From: Octopus bimaculoides
Lineage: Eukaryota
Length of the DNA stretch: 64,000 nucleotides
Assembly: GCF_001194135.2 (NCBI RefSeq)
Contig: NC_068981.1
Span: 102,241,123 to 102,305,122 of the forward strand
Direction of reading: 5' to 3'
The notes beneath the pieces were generated by a model that searched no databases, was not told the DNA's origin, and worked only from the letters and a program-made list of their open reading frames with translations. Positions 49,516-59,876 of the stretch are shown one piece after another (positions within the stretch are counted from its first letter, which is position 1; each line of letters opens with the position of its first letter). Made by a program: the position numbers and the translations under genes.

Positions 49516-50249
49516 CTAAAATGATGAAATTTTTTGTTGAATTACCTACAAAAATGGCTCTCAGACTACATGTATGTAAGCTAAAGTTTGTCATTTGCTA
49601 AAATAGCACATGATAAAAGTGAAGCTAAAATGCTGTGTGCATGAGATCACTGCAGACATACGAACCACCAGGTTCCTTGTTTGTTGTCTGTCAATGCAAG
49701 CGCATTAACAAGGCTTTAATAAGGAACCATTTTTTAACTATGGACAGCTTTTATTCTTATTTTATTCCAGAGGATCCTCAAAGCAATTCATTGCTTAAAA
49801 ATTTCAATTATATTTTTATTATTAAATATCATTAGGAATTGTATTTTAAAAAAATCATTTAAATATTTAGTGTATTATAAAAATATAAGCAATTTATTGC
49901 TAATAAATTTTAACAAAAAATTTTATATGGACCTCCAAGGGCCATATGTGCCTTGGTAGACAACTTCTGTTTTACATGATCAAGCAACTTGCCAGAAATA
50001 CCAGCCAAATCTCCCTCAAACCACAGACCTAAACTACCATCATATAAAAGGGCATTAAACAATATCCTTGTTAAACATTATTTCATAATAATAGACTATG
50101 ATCATGGGTGAAATGACATTTAATCAAAAGCCTGTCTACTTTATTGGAGATAACCTGGGGTTAAATAACAACATAGTGTTTTGCAAATTCACAACTCTAT
50201 TAAGAAAACATTGTGTTTTAAAAATTAGTATGAGAAATAAAAAAAACTC

Positions 50250-50650
50250 TCAGCTGGCATGGCAGTGTGGTTAAGAAGCTTGCTTTGTAACCATATAGTT
50301 TTGGGTTCAGTCTCATTGTGTGACACCTTGAGCAAGGGTCTTTAACTATAGCCTCAAGCTGGCCAGTGCCTAGTGTGTGAATTTGATTGATGGAAACTAT
50401 TGTTTATCCATCTATCTATCTGAATGTCTCTATCTATCTCTGTCTGTCTGTTGTATGCATTCATCAGCCTCCTGTCATTTGACAACTAGTCTGTTTACAT
50501 CCCTATAACTTAGCACTTCAGCAAAAGAGACTGATAGAATAAGTACCACATTTGAAAAACTCAAGTGCTGGGGTTGATTTGTTAAACTAAAACACTCATG
50601 GCAGTGCCCCAGCATGACTGCAATCAAATGACTGAGGCAAATAAAAGATA
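50250..50650 (+). mobile_element. SINE family A, older copy
   Basis: Degenerate match to head, body and tail. Confidence 0.75.
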
Positions 50651-50704
50651 ACGGATAAGTATCCTGTAACTATAAATCTTTTCCCCTTTTATTTTTCTTT
50701 TCTA

Positions 50705-50745
50705 ACTTTCGTCTGATGAAGGACTACAGTCCAAAACGTCAAGAC
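50705..50745 (+). ncRNA. Degenerate minimal hammerhead ribozyme (orphan PLE pseudo-LTR remnant)
   Basis: CTGATGA-A-GGAC-TACA-GTCC-AAAA-CG-TC; helix II is perfect, GAAA reads AAAA, helix I is weak. Confidence 0.6.
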
Positions 50746-51141
50746 TTGTTTTTTTTTTAGCATTAACAGATATGAACATGTAAATGGACTTATTCAAATA
50801 TATTCTGTGTTGTCTTCTTTTTATGCTCATTGCCTTCTTAACATATTTATATACACATACACAATCACAGTGGTTAAAAAAAATAATGAAATATGCAAAC
50901 CAAAGTTAGGACAGAAGAGGTGATAGATGATATTTTTGAGAACTAATAGTTGATTTGAAAAGGTCTTAAAGCTACTTTTGCGAGGAGTTAAGATAAGAAC
51001 ATATTTTTTTCTTCCATTTTCATGACTGAAACTTCATTACTGACTGGAATGGATTGAGGGCAAAACATTGGTTTCTGTATTGTCCAGCAATACTAACGTA
51101 GACTGTACGTTGATTTACATGCACACACACACACACACACA

Positions 51142-51192
<51 letters not shown>

Positions 51193-51802
51193 ACACACAC
51201 TCATACATCTACCCACCACACATGTACGCTTGTGCACATACGTTCATGCACACACATACACACAACATATGCATATGTGAATACACACTTACAGGTATAA
51301 TGATAAAGATATACATGGCTACAGGCAAGTTATACGCATAGATAGCCAGATGTGTATCTTTCTCTCTCACTGTATTTGTCTGTCTCTGTCTCTCTTCTTT
51401 CACTCTGTCTTTCTATCTGTGTCTAACCATCTCTGTCTGCCTGTCTCTCTTCCTCTCTCTTCTCCNNNNNNNNNNTCTGTCTCTGTCTCTCTTCTTTCAC
51501 TCTGTCTTTCTATCTGTGTCTAACCATCTCTGTCTGCCTGTCTCTCTTCCTCTCTCTTCTCTCACTCTGTCTTTCTATCTGTGTCTAACCATCTCTGTCT
51601 GCCTGTCTCTCTTCCTCTCTCTTCTCCTGTATGCACACACACACATCCATATAGCTTCAGGTACTGATGTAAATATAGATACCTACAGACACATGGGGAT
51701 GCCTGCCTGCCTGCCTGCCTGCACAGATGCACACGCACGTATACACACAAAACACATGTATAAATACCTGCATAAACACTCACATAAATATTTGTCAGAT
51801 AT

Positions 51803-52116
51803 AGTACCGCCTGACTGGCTCCCGTAGGATTTTCGAGTGAGATCGTTGCCAGTGCCCCTGGACTGGCTTGTGCGGGTGGCACATAAAAGACACCATTTCG
51901 AGCGTGGCCGTTTTCGTGCGGGTGACACGTAAAAGCACCCACTACACTCTCTGAGTGGTTGGCGTTAGGAAGGGCATCCAGCTGTAGAAACTCTGCCAAA
52001 TTAGACTGGAGCCTGGTGTTGCCATCCGGTTGCACCAGTCCTCAGTCAAATCGTCCAACCCATGCTAGCATGGAAAGTGGACGTTAAACGATGATGATGA
52101 TGATGATGATGATGAT
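51803..52116 (+). mobile_element. RTE 3' UTR fragment with (GAT)n tail, young
   Basis: Closely similar to 1305-1523 and to the reverse of 29676-29950. Confidence 0.9.
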
Positions 52117-52237
52117 ATAAATGCACATCTTCTGACATGTAATAAAAATATTGGAGATGCATACAAATTCATAACCATAGGCACAGGGAAAATCATATCC
52201 TGTGTAGACATAAACACACACATACACATACTCACAT

Positions 52238-52288
<51 letters not shown>

Positions 52289-52316
52289 AAAACACACACA
52301 CACACANNNNNNNNNN

Positions 52317-52363
<47 letters not shown>

Positions 52364-53176
52364 AAAACACACACACACACACACACATGCATACATGCAG
52401 ATATGAACATGTAAATGAACTTATTCAAATATATTTACGCAAGAGTGGGAGCAAATAGATGTGTGTTGTGTACTAGAGGTAAGATAGACATATTGCAGGC
52501 AAGGAACATATGCACATTATCTTCTGGGTGGTGACAGCACTGAAGATGGTGGATAAGAATGTTGTTGGTAGAGATAGATAAAGTCATTGAGGTGTTCAGA
52601 ATATGCAACAGAATAATTCAGCTTAGACTAATTACACGGTGTAACAAAATTTTTATCTATTTATTTGTTTATTTATTGTATTTGGTCAATAAGTGTTATT
52701 TTCTATTTGCTTCTATCTTGAAATCAAAGGAGATGACTACTATTCCCTTCAAAATTTGTTTTTGTGACCTGGACACCAATGTTTTGAAACTGACCTATTT
52801 TCCATTACATTTTGGACAGATTCAGTGCTGTGTTGCTGAAGCAGAAATATCATTATAGCAAATATTCTGCTCAATACCACAGATTTGCTTGTCAATTGCT
52901 TGACTTTAACCACTTGAGGATATCCCTTAGTGACTGACAATATGTGCATCTCTGATTATAAGCAGGAATAGTGGGGGAACATCATAACCATGTGTGGTTA
53001 TCTAAAAATAAGTTATTGCAGAAATATATGTTAACACAGAATACATTCCATACTTCTGGAACATAGGTTCAACTACCAACTGTTAATACAGTTCTATATT
53101 TGAGAGATGAGAAATTATGTACATTATTTACATTATTTACTTTTGATGAATATTTGTCCTTATCTTGTTTGTTGTT

Positions 53177-53222
53177 AACACAACATTTTGGCTGATGTAC
53201 TCTCCAGCCTTCATCAGGTGTC
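53177..53222 (-). ncRNA. Minimal type I hammerhead ribozyme, CpG-decayed
   Basis: GACAC-CTGATGA-A-GGCTG-GAGAGTACAT-CAGCC-AAAA-TG-TT-GTGTT. Helices I and II pair; GAAA-CG reads AAAA-TG, i.e. two CpG transitions. Confidence 0.7.
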
Positions 53223-53288
53223 CTGGGGGAATTTCGAACCTGAGTTCTCATTCCTAAGATATGTTACTAATATTATTATTATGATTCA

Positions 53289-53360
53289 GGTCATTGCCTG
53301 GAATCGAACTTGGAATCTTGGGGTTAGTAGCCCGCACTCTTAACCACTATGCCATATGCC
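53289..53360 (-). promoter_or_regulatory. tRNA-like Pol III internal promoter (A box and B box); not a functional tRNA
   Basis: A box TGGCATAGTGG (53344-53354) and B box GTTCGATTCC (53300-53309) at tRNA spacing; anticodon and T stems pair poorly. Confidence 0.65.
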
Positions 53361-53401
53361 TGTGGGCAATTATTGAGTGAATTTTAGGGCTTATACATCT
53401 A

Positions 53402-54940
53402 ATATGGAACTGTATTATCTAATCAGTATGGAGATGACATTAGACTTCAGTGGAGACATACAGAGAAACTCCATAAAAAACTAGCTTGTCTTTCAAACCA
53501 TCTAACTTTCTTGTGTAGATGTAGAGACTCAAAGCTAATACCACCTAGCTTGAATATAATGACACCAGTGGATTCATATAAAGCTCGAAGAGTAGTGAAA
53601 AGGGCAGGACATGCCCTCGTCCACAAGAGGATCCATTATAACCATGGGAAAAACATCAACTAAATAATGAAACCAGAGAGAGGTTATCTTTATTACTTAG
53701 GAGAATAACCAGAGATGATGATAAAAAGAGAATCCAACAAAACCTAGAAAAGTCATACAAAAAAGAATTTGAAAAGGTGAAGACACACCAGATTAAGTTT
53801 CTGAAGCTCAAAGGTTAGAGAATGAAGACTGAAGTCCGTCACCCACCCATGAAAGCAGTAATTAATGTAAGTAGCCAACATCTAGAAAGCTCTGAAGAAG
53901 CAGTACTAAACAAAGGTCTCAACAGAATGGACACTGATATATATCAACAAGAAGAGGGTTTAGCTATGGGTTCACCATTATCACCAATAATATACATGGA
54001 ATAGTTTGAGAATTTAGCTTTAAGATCAACACCACTTAAACCAGCCCTATGGCTGCGATATGTTGATGACACCTTTATACTCTAGCCCCACCAGAGATCA
54101 TGTGAACTGTTAGATCATGTAAAATCAATAAACCCATCCATACAGTTCACAATGGAAAAGGAAAAAGGCAATCAGCTAGCATTCCTGGACATATTAATAA
54201 CACCCACCCAGTATGGATCCAGGATATCCATATACTGCAAGCCAACCTTCACTGGACGATACCTCAACTTCAATTCCCACCATCCATACAGTGTAAAAAG
54301 AGGGATTTCTCAGTGCCTAAAACATTAAGCAAAGAATATAAGTAGCGACCCTGATACACACCATGAAGAAATGATCAAGCTAAGTAACAATCTATTAAGC
54401 AACAACTATCCACTCCAATCATGAAGAGAAGAAAGGATGGAACCCATAAACTGACCACAGTCCGTCAACCCTGTGTGAAAGGCCTCTCCGAAAAGATACA
54501 AAAGATATGTAACCCATATGACATCAGGACAGTATTCAAATGTAATACAACACTTTGCAAATATCTCCTTCAAATAAAACCACCAATACTAGAGAATATG
54601 ACCAAAAACTGCGTGTACTCCATCCCATGCAGCTGTGGTAGGTTCTACAAAGGTAAAACATGCCACTCCCTCAAAATAAAGGTAGAGAAACATGGCAAAG
54701 CTGTGACACAAGGAAATATTGATAAATCAGGAATAGCTGATCATGTATGGAAAAACAAAGACCAACTCCCCCTGTAGGATGAAGTGAAAATAATAGACAA
54801 AGAACACCACTGGAAAATACAAAAACTAAATGAGGCAGCACATACACTAGGACACAACAACCTCCTAAGCAGACTGAATGCATATCTGAGTAACATATGG
54901 GAACCAATATTAAGGGTGGATAGGAAAATATAAAATTCAT
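53402..54940 (+). mobile_element. Penelope-like retroelement (Poseidon/Penelope-like) with internal deletion; decayed RT and GIY-YIG
   Basis: LSNHLTFLCRCRD..LIP, VLNKGLN|RMDTDIYQQEEGLAMGSPLSP, WLRYVDDTF, LAFLDILI, KPTFTGRYLNFNS.HP, NCVYSIPCSCGRFYKGKT, SGIADHVW. Confidence 0.92.
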
Positions 54941-55039
54941 AATGTGCCACTTCTACATTGCATTTTTATTTAGGTGATCTTTGTCTTATAAATTATGACT
55001 TCTGCATGATGGGATTTATTGTGCCAGCATATATTTGTT

Positions 55040-55620
55040 TCTTGCATAACTGAAAAAAATATCTCTGAAAACTATATATATATATATATTGTTATACATG
55101 TGTCTTAAGTGTTATTATCCATTATTCTTGTATCAAGAAATGAATGCACTCTAGAAAAGGTTACATAACAATTACTACTCCACAAAAAATAATTCCATTT
55201 TCTTGAAGATTTATCCTTGAGACTTGTTTATGGTTTTTGTAAACCCTAGGCATACTGGAAACTAATTTCTTTCTCTCTAAAATGAAAAGTACATTGACTA
55301 CTTTTGGTCTGTGGAATTGAAACCATTCTACTGATTGTACATTATTAATCAACTCTTCTACATAACAATTGTGTAGGTTAATCATCTTCATTCTTGCTCC
55401 ATTGCATAATTGCTGATGGGATATAGTTAATAAGGACATAGCTATTCCATTATGCTTTAAATTAAATTTATGAGGTGAAATTTCAAATGGAATCAGTGAG
55501 TTTGAGATTTCAGAGAAATGGTTGGTTTTGTCTTCAATTTCCATAGTTTATAGTTCCATAGTTTATCAGTCAGTTGTCTTGCAAATCATATAAATACTAG
55601 AGTATGTCTTTGATTTAATT
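55040..55620 (-). pseudogene. Helitron-type Pif1 helicase C-terminal remnant
   Basis: SLIPFEISPHKFNLK...LCNGARM...LFILERK (ORF 55161-55544), plus TINKSQG and YVTFSRV in shifted frames, then a terminal IVFRDIF. Confidence 0.75.
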
Positions 55621-57630
55621 CTATTGTTAAAATAGTATTTGCTTAAAGAATTACACATGTGGACTGTAACAGAAAATGTTGTTTTAGTAGTAGTAGCAGT
55701 AACAGCAGCAGCAGTAGTAGTAGTAATTGTTGTTGTTGTTGTTGCTAGATGTGATTACCTTGCTCCAAGTATTTTGGTGTTTTACCAGATTAATCTAATA
55801 TGATGTTGGGTTTCCATGTAATTTAAACTTGTAAGAATAAGTATTGGGATTGTTTTAAGCAGAGAATATTTGAGCATTGGAAGCCTGCCCATACTGGGTG
55901 TGTTAGACAAATTTTATTTGCTCTTATTTTGTTCCCATGCATATATATAATGAGGATGTGGAATGCCCACCAACACAACCATATTTAAGGTAAACATGTT
56001 TCCACAGAATTTAAGCTGTAAAAGTTTTGTAGCAAAATACATGTAATATGGAGAAGGAAAATAGTGACATTTCTGTCAAAAGTGGTCCTAACTTAGCCAA
56101 AACAACAAAACAAGCTCTCATGTAGATATATAAGCATCATCAAATGAAAGAATTTATGTATTTCTTAATGATAGAAATTTGAGTGAAGAACCAGTCCTCG
56201 TCTTTTGGGCAACAATGTGCATTAGCCAGACATTGGATGTGGAAAATTTTAGTCAAAAGAAAGGTTGTATGGCAACATAATGTGACAAAAACAGTAGTCA
56301 GTGTCTGAAACTGTGACACAAGTATTTGAGGAAATGACAGTGACCTAAATGTGCATTGCCAAAAAAGAAAAAAAATCAGTTAATGGTATCCCTTGTTGAT
56401 TTGTTGATATGTACAGTGAGATCTCCTACATTCAGTGAGGAAGAAGCTCGTATAGTTAAGTCAGCATCACATTAGTTATCTCTCGATGGGAGACAACTCT
56501 AATATGGTAGGCACTATGAACAGTTGAAGTTGTGTTTTTCCTTGCTTTTGAAGTTCCAACAAAATCAAAATTCCAGAGAAATTGAAAATCTCAGTAAACT
56601 TTATGGAATGATATTAATTGCTAATATTTTACAAAAGGCAAACAGAGAGCTCCAATGGTGGCAGCCAAATGACCGATCAGTTTTCTTATTGAGATTAAAT
56701 TTAATTTAACCAAGAAAAAGGGAGTCTCCCTCTGTACATTGAACTTGCCGAGCTAGTGTCACCTCCCTTTCAGCATCTACTTAGATACTGATGTCATGGT
56801 TAAAACTTGATAATGATAATAGTCAGACCATTCAAAGATAATCCCTATCCAATTACAATTAACCAATCTAGACTGCTTCAAAAGGAAGTATCCAAATGAT
56901 CAAGCACAATTGTTTTTGTTTTTTTTTGCTTTGAATCTTCAAGTGAGGTATCACAGAATCTGGCTCTTAATACAAATTTACAGACAGACAGACATGCACC
57001 AATGCATGCCTACACACACACACGCACACACATACACACATGCGCGCGCACGCAGCACTCTGTCTCTCTCTTGAATGTATTCATATGTGTTTGTAAGGGA
57101 CTATATATTTATGCACTACAGCTAATGGAATGTTTTGCAAAAATATATAACTAAATTTTTGATCACTTTTTACCTAATACTTACACAAGTTGTTGGCTTT
57201 ATTCAAAACAAAAAACACACACACATATATATGCATATACATATGTACACACAAAGAATTTTAGTGTATATTTAAACTTTGCAACTAATGGAATATATTG
57301 TAAAAATATATCATTAAACTTTTAATTACTATTTTCCTAAAGATTACAACAGGTTTTGGCTTTACTTAAATGAAAGCAACAACAGATACATACACACACA
57401 CACACACACACACAAGTTGGTTGTAAATCATGAACTAGTATTGAGCAGACCATGACTCAAAATAGTTTAGTATATATATANNNNNNNNNNTCTCTTAGTT
57501 AACAATTAACTCCGACAAAACAAATTGGTTAATAGATACCAGCCAGGGTAGCAAAGATCACAAAATAACTTTGGTGTAACTCCTATTTACGAGGTAGAAA
57601 CTCCCTGTTAATTTGGGGTATTTTGAGTAA

Positions 57631-57739
57631 ATATAAAATTTAATAAATGGAGTAATACGCATATGTTAAATGAATTCTTTTATTTCCAACATACAAAGAA
57701 TTCATTTAACATATGCGTATTACTCCATTTATCAAATTT

Positions 57740-57744
<5 letters not shown>
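57631..57744. repeat. Near-perfect inverted repeat: 50-bp arms with one mismatch, 14-bp spacer
   Basis: 57631-57680 versus 57695-57744, compared base by base. Confidence 0.95.
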
Positions 57745-57779
<35 letters not shown>

Positions 57780-57805
57780 AAGAGTAAATATTACTTTTAT
57801 CATCT

Positions 57806-58235
57806 AAGGCAGTGAGCTGGCAGAATTAGCACACCTGGCAAAATTCTTAGCGGTATCTCGCTCACCTTTACATTCTGAGTTCAAATTCCACTGAGGTCGA
57901 CTTTGCCTTTCATCTCTTCAGTATCGATAAATTAAATACCAGTCAAGTACTGGGGTCGATGTGATCGAGTTACCCTCTCCCCGCAAATTTCAAGCCTTGT
58001 GCCTATAGTAGAAAGGATTATATAAGGCAGTGAGCTGGCAGAATCATTAGCATGGTGGGAAATATGCTTAGCAGCATTTCACCCATCTTTATATTCTGTG
58101 TTTAGATGCTGCCAGGGTCAACTTTGCCTTTAATCCTATTGAGATCTATAAAATAAGCACCAGTTGAGCATTGGAGCCTATATAATCGATTTAGCCTCTT
58201 CCATGCCTCTTACTGGCCTTGTGTCAAAATAAAAA
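57806..58235 (+). mobile_element. Two tandem SINE family B copies
   Basis: Head AAGGCAGTGAGCTGGCAGAAT at 57806 and 58024. Confidence 0.85.
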
Positions 58236-58246
58236 ATATATTTTAT

Positions 58247-59161
58247 TACTAGCTGATGTACCTGGTAATTCCTGGGAAAGAGGGGCTTATCTCTTGGTTC
58301 TGTTCTCATAATTGTTTCGTTAATCGAGTAATAACAATACAAAGTATGTAGTCCTTAAAACGGTTTTTGTGCATTTACAGAGAATACTGAACTGTCTTAC
58401 ACAGGATCTTGTTTTTAGGAATTCCCAATAAGTTATGAATACCCAAATTGTGAAGTCAGTTATGTACTAACATGAAATTAGTTACCCAATAGTAAGAATT
58501 CAAATAAAGTAGCCCTGAAAAGGGCTTAATGTGTTCCCAGAGTATATAGAACATAGGAGGAAATACTAATATGGTATGTATACTAAAATCGTGACGCATG
58601 TTATGTAATAACAGGCTAATCAGATATGAAATAATAACAATTTAAAGTAAATAGCTCTGAAAAGGGCTTTTGAGCATTCCCAGAAAATATTACCCTCAGC
58701 AGCACTAGTGTTGGTATATTCGTGAATAAGTCACTAACCAAAATAAGTGGATCTATTGTTTAGGAAAATACTATTTACTTGTTTAAGCATTGTATTGGAT
58801 AAATTGTGAAAATAACTCAGAGTTCAAATACTAAGAAATAAGCATACTCAATTTGATTTTTACCAAATAATTTAGGAAAATGAATGGGTTATTTCCCTTG
58901 GCTATATATAAGGATCCCTTCCAGGGGCGAATGTGTTATTTCCATTGGTTTTTAGATTAAAATATATTAGATATATACAATGATCACTTACAGGGACCCT
59001 ATTATCAATTTTTCAACAATCTGAGTATGTCATGAGGTTTCCAGACATGAATTCGACTCATGTATCAAGTTTCATCAAAATCAATAAAACGATGTAGGAG
59101 GAGTTAGCTAACAACTCCACAAACACACCCACAGACAGAATTTCCCACATATGTAGTAGAT
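58247..59161 (+). mobile_element. Non-autonomous Helitron/Helentron-like element (DINE/HINE-like)
   Basis: 5' ACTAGCTG...ACCTGG...CCTGGG; subterminal AAGTTTCATCAAAATC...GTAGGAGGAGTT; CAGACAGA tract; TAGTAGAT-T end; internal duplicated blocks. Confidence 0.5.
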
Positions 59162-59239
59162 TGAGGTAATACGCAACAAAAGTATAGATGCCACAATATG
59201 TTTCTGTATTAGGTATTACCTAGCAAATAATTACAACAA

Positions 59240-59645
59240 TTTCACATTTTTGGCACAAGGCCAGCAATTTTGGGGGAGGGGGTAAGTCAATTACATTGAC
59301 CTCAGTGCTCAACTGATGCTTATTTAACCAACCCTGAAGAAATGAAAGGTAAAGTCAATCTCAGTGGAATTTGAACTCAGAATATAAAAACAGATGAAAT
59401 GCCATTTAGCATTTTGTCTGGTGCAGTAATGATTCTACTGGCTTGCCGCCTTAGTAATAATAATAATTACGATAATAATCCTTTCTACTTAAGAGAAAAG
59501 GCCTGAAATTTGTGGGGAAAGGGTAAGTTGATTATATCAATCTCAGTACTTAACTGGTACTGATATCAGAATTTGAAATTAGAACATAAAGACAGATGAA
59601 ATGCCACTAAGTATTTTGTCTGGCATGCTAATGACTCTGCCAGCT
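59240..59645 (-). mobile_element. Two SINE family B copies
   Basis: Reverse matches at ~59240-59455 and ~59470-59645. Confidence 0.7.
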
Positions 59646-59876
59646 ATATAATCACATGTCACATGACCAACCTGACTACCAGATGCTGTTATACATTGTT
59701 TTAGCCATCAAATGATGCCACCCCACTGACTAGGTGAGCAGGCCAACATTCCCTCCTGATTGAAATAAGGACTGGAGCAATGTGAAATGAAGTGTTTTGC
59801 TCAAGGACACAATGTGCAGCCCGGTCTGGGAATCAAGCCCATGATCTAGCAATCGTGAGTGCAAACTATATAATAA

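Larger units (their letters stand above)
53062..53400 (-). mobile_element. Inverted PLE pseudo-LTR (tRNA-like cassette, hammerhead, ORF start)
   Basis: On the minus strand it ends ...ATATAGAACTGTATTA (SLKYRTVL), which recurs on the plus strand as ATATGGAACTGTATTA at 53402, where the PLE ORF resumes. Confidence 0.7.

Noticed and set aside
55750-56030. Possible old LINE thumb fragment (TPKYL) on the minus strand
   Set aside because: A single short motif; insufficient support.
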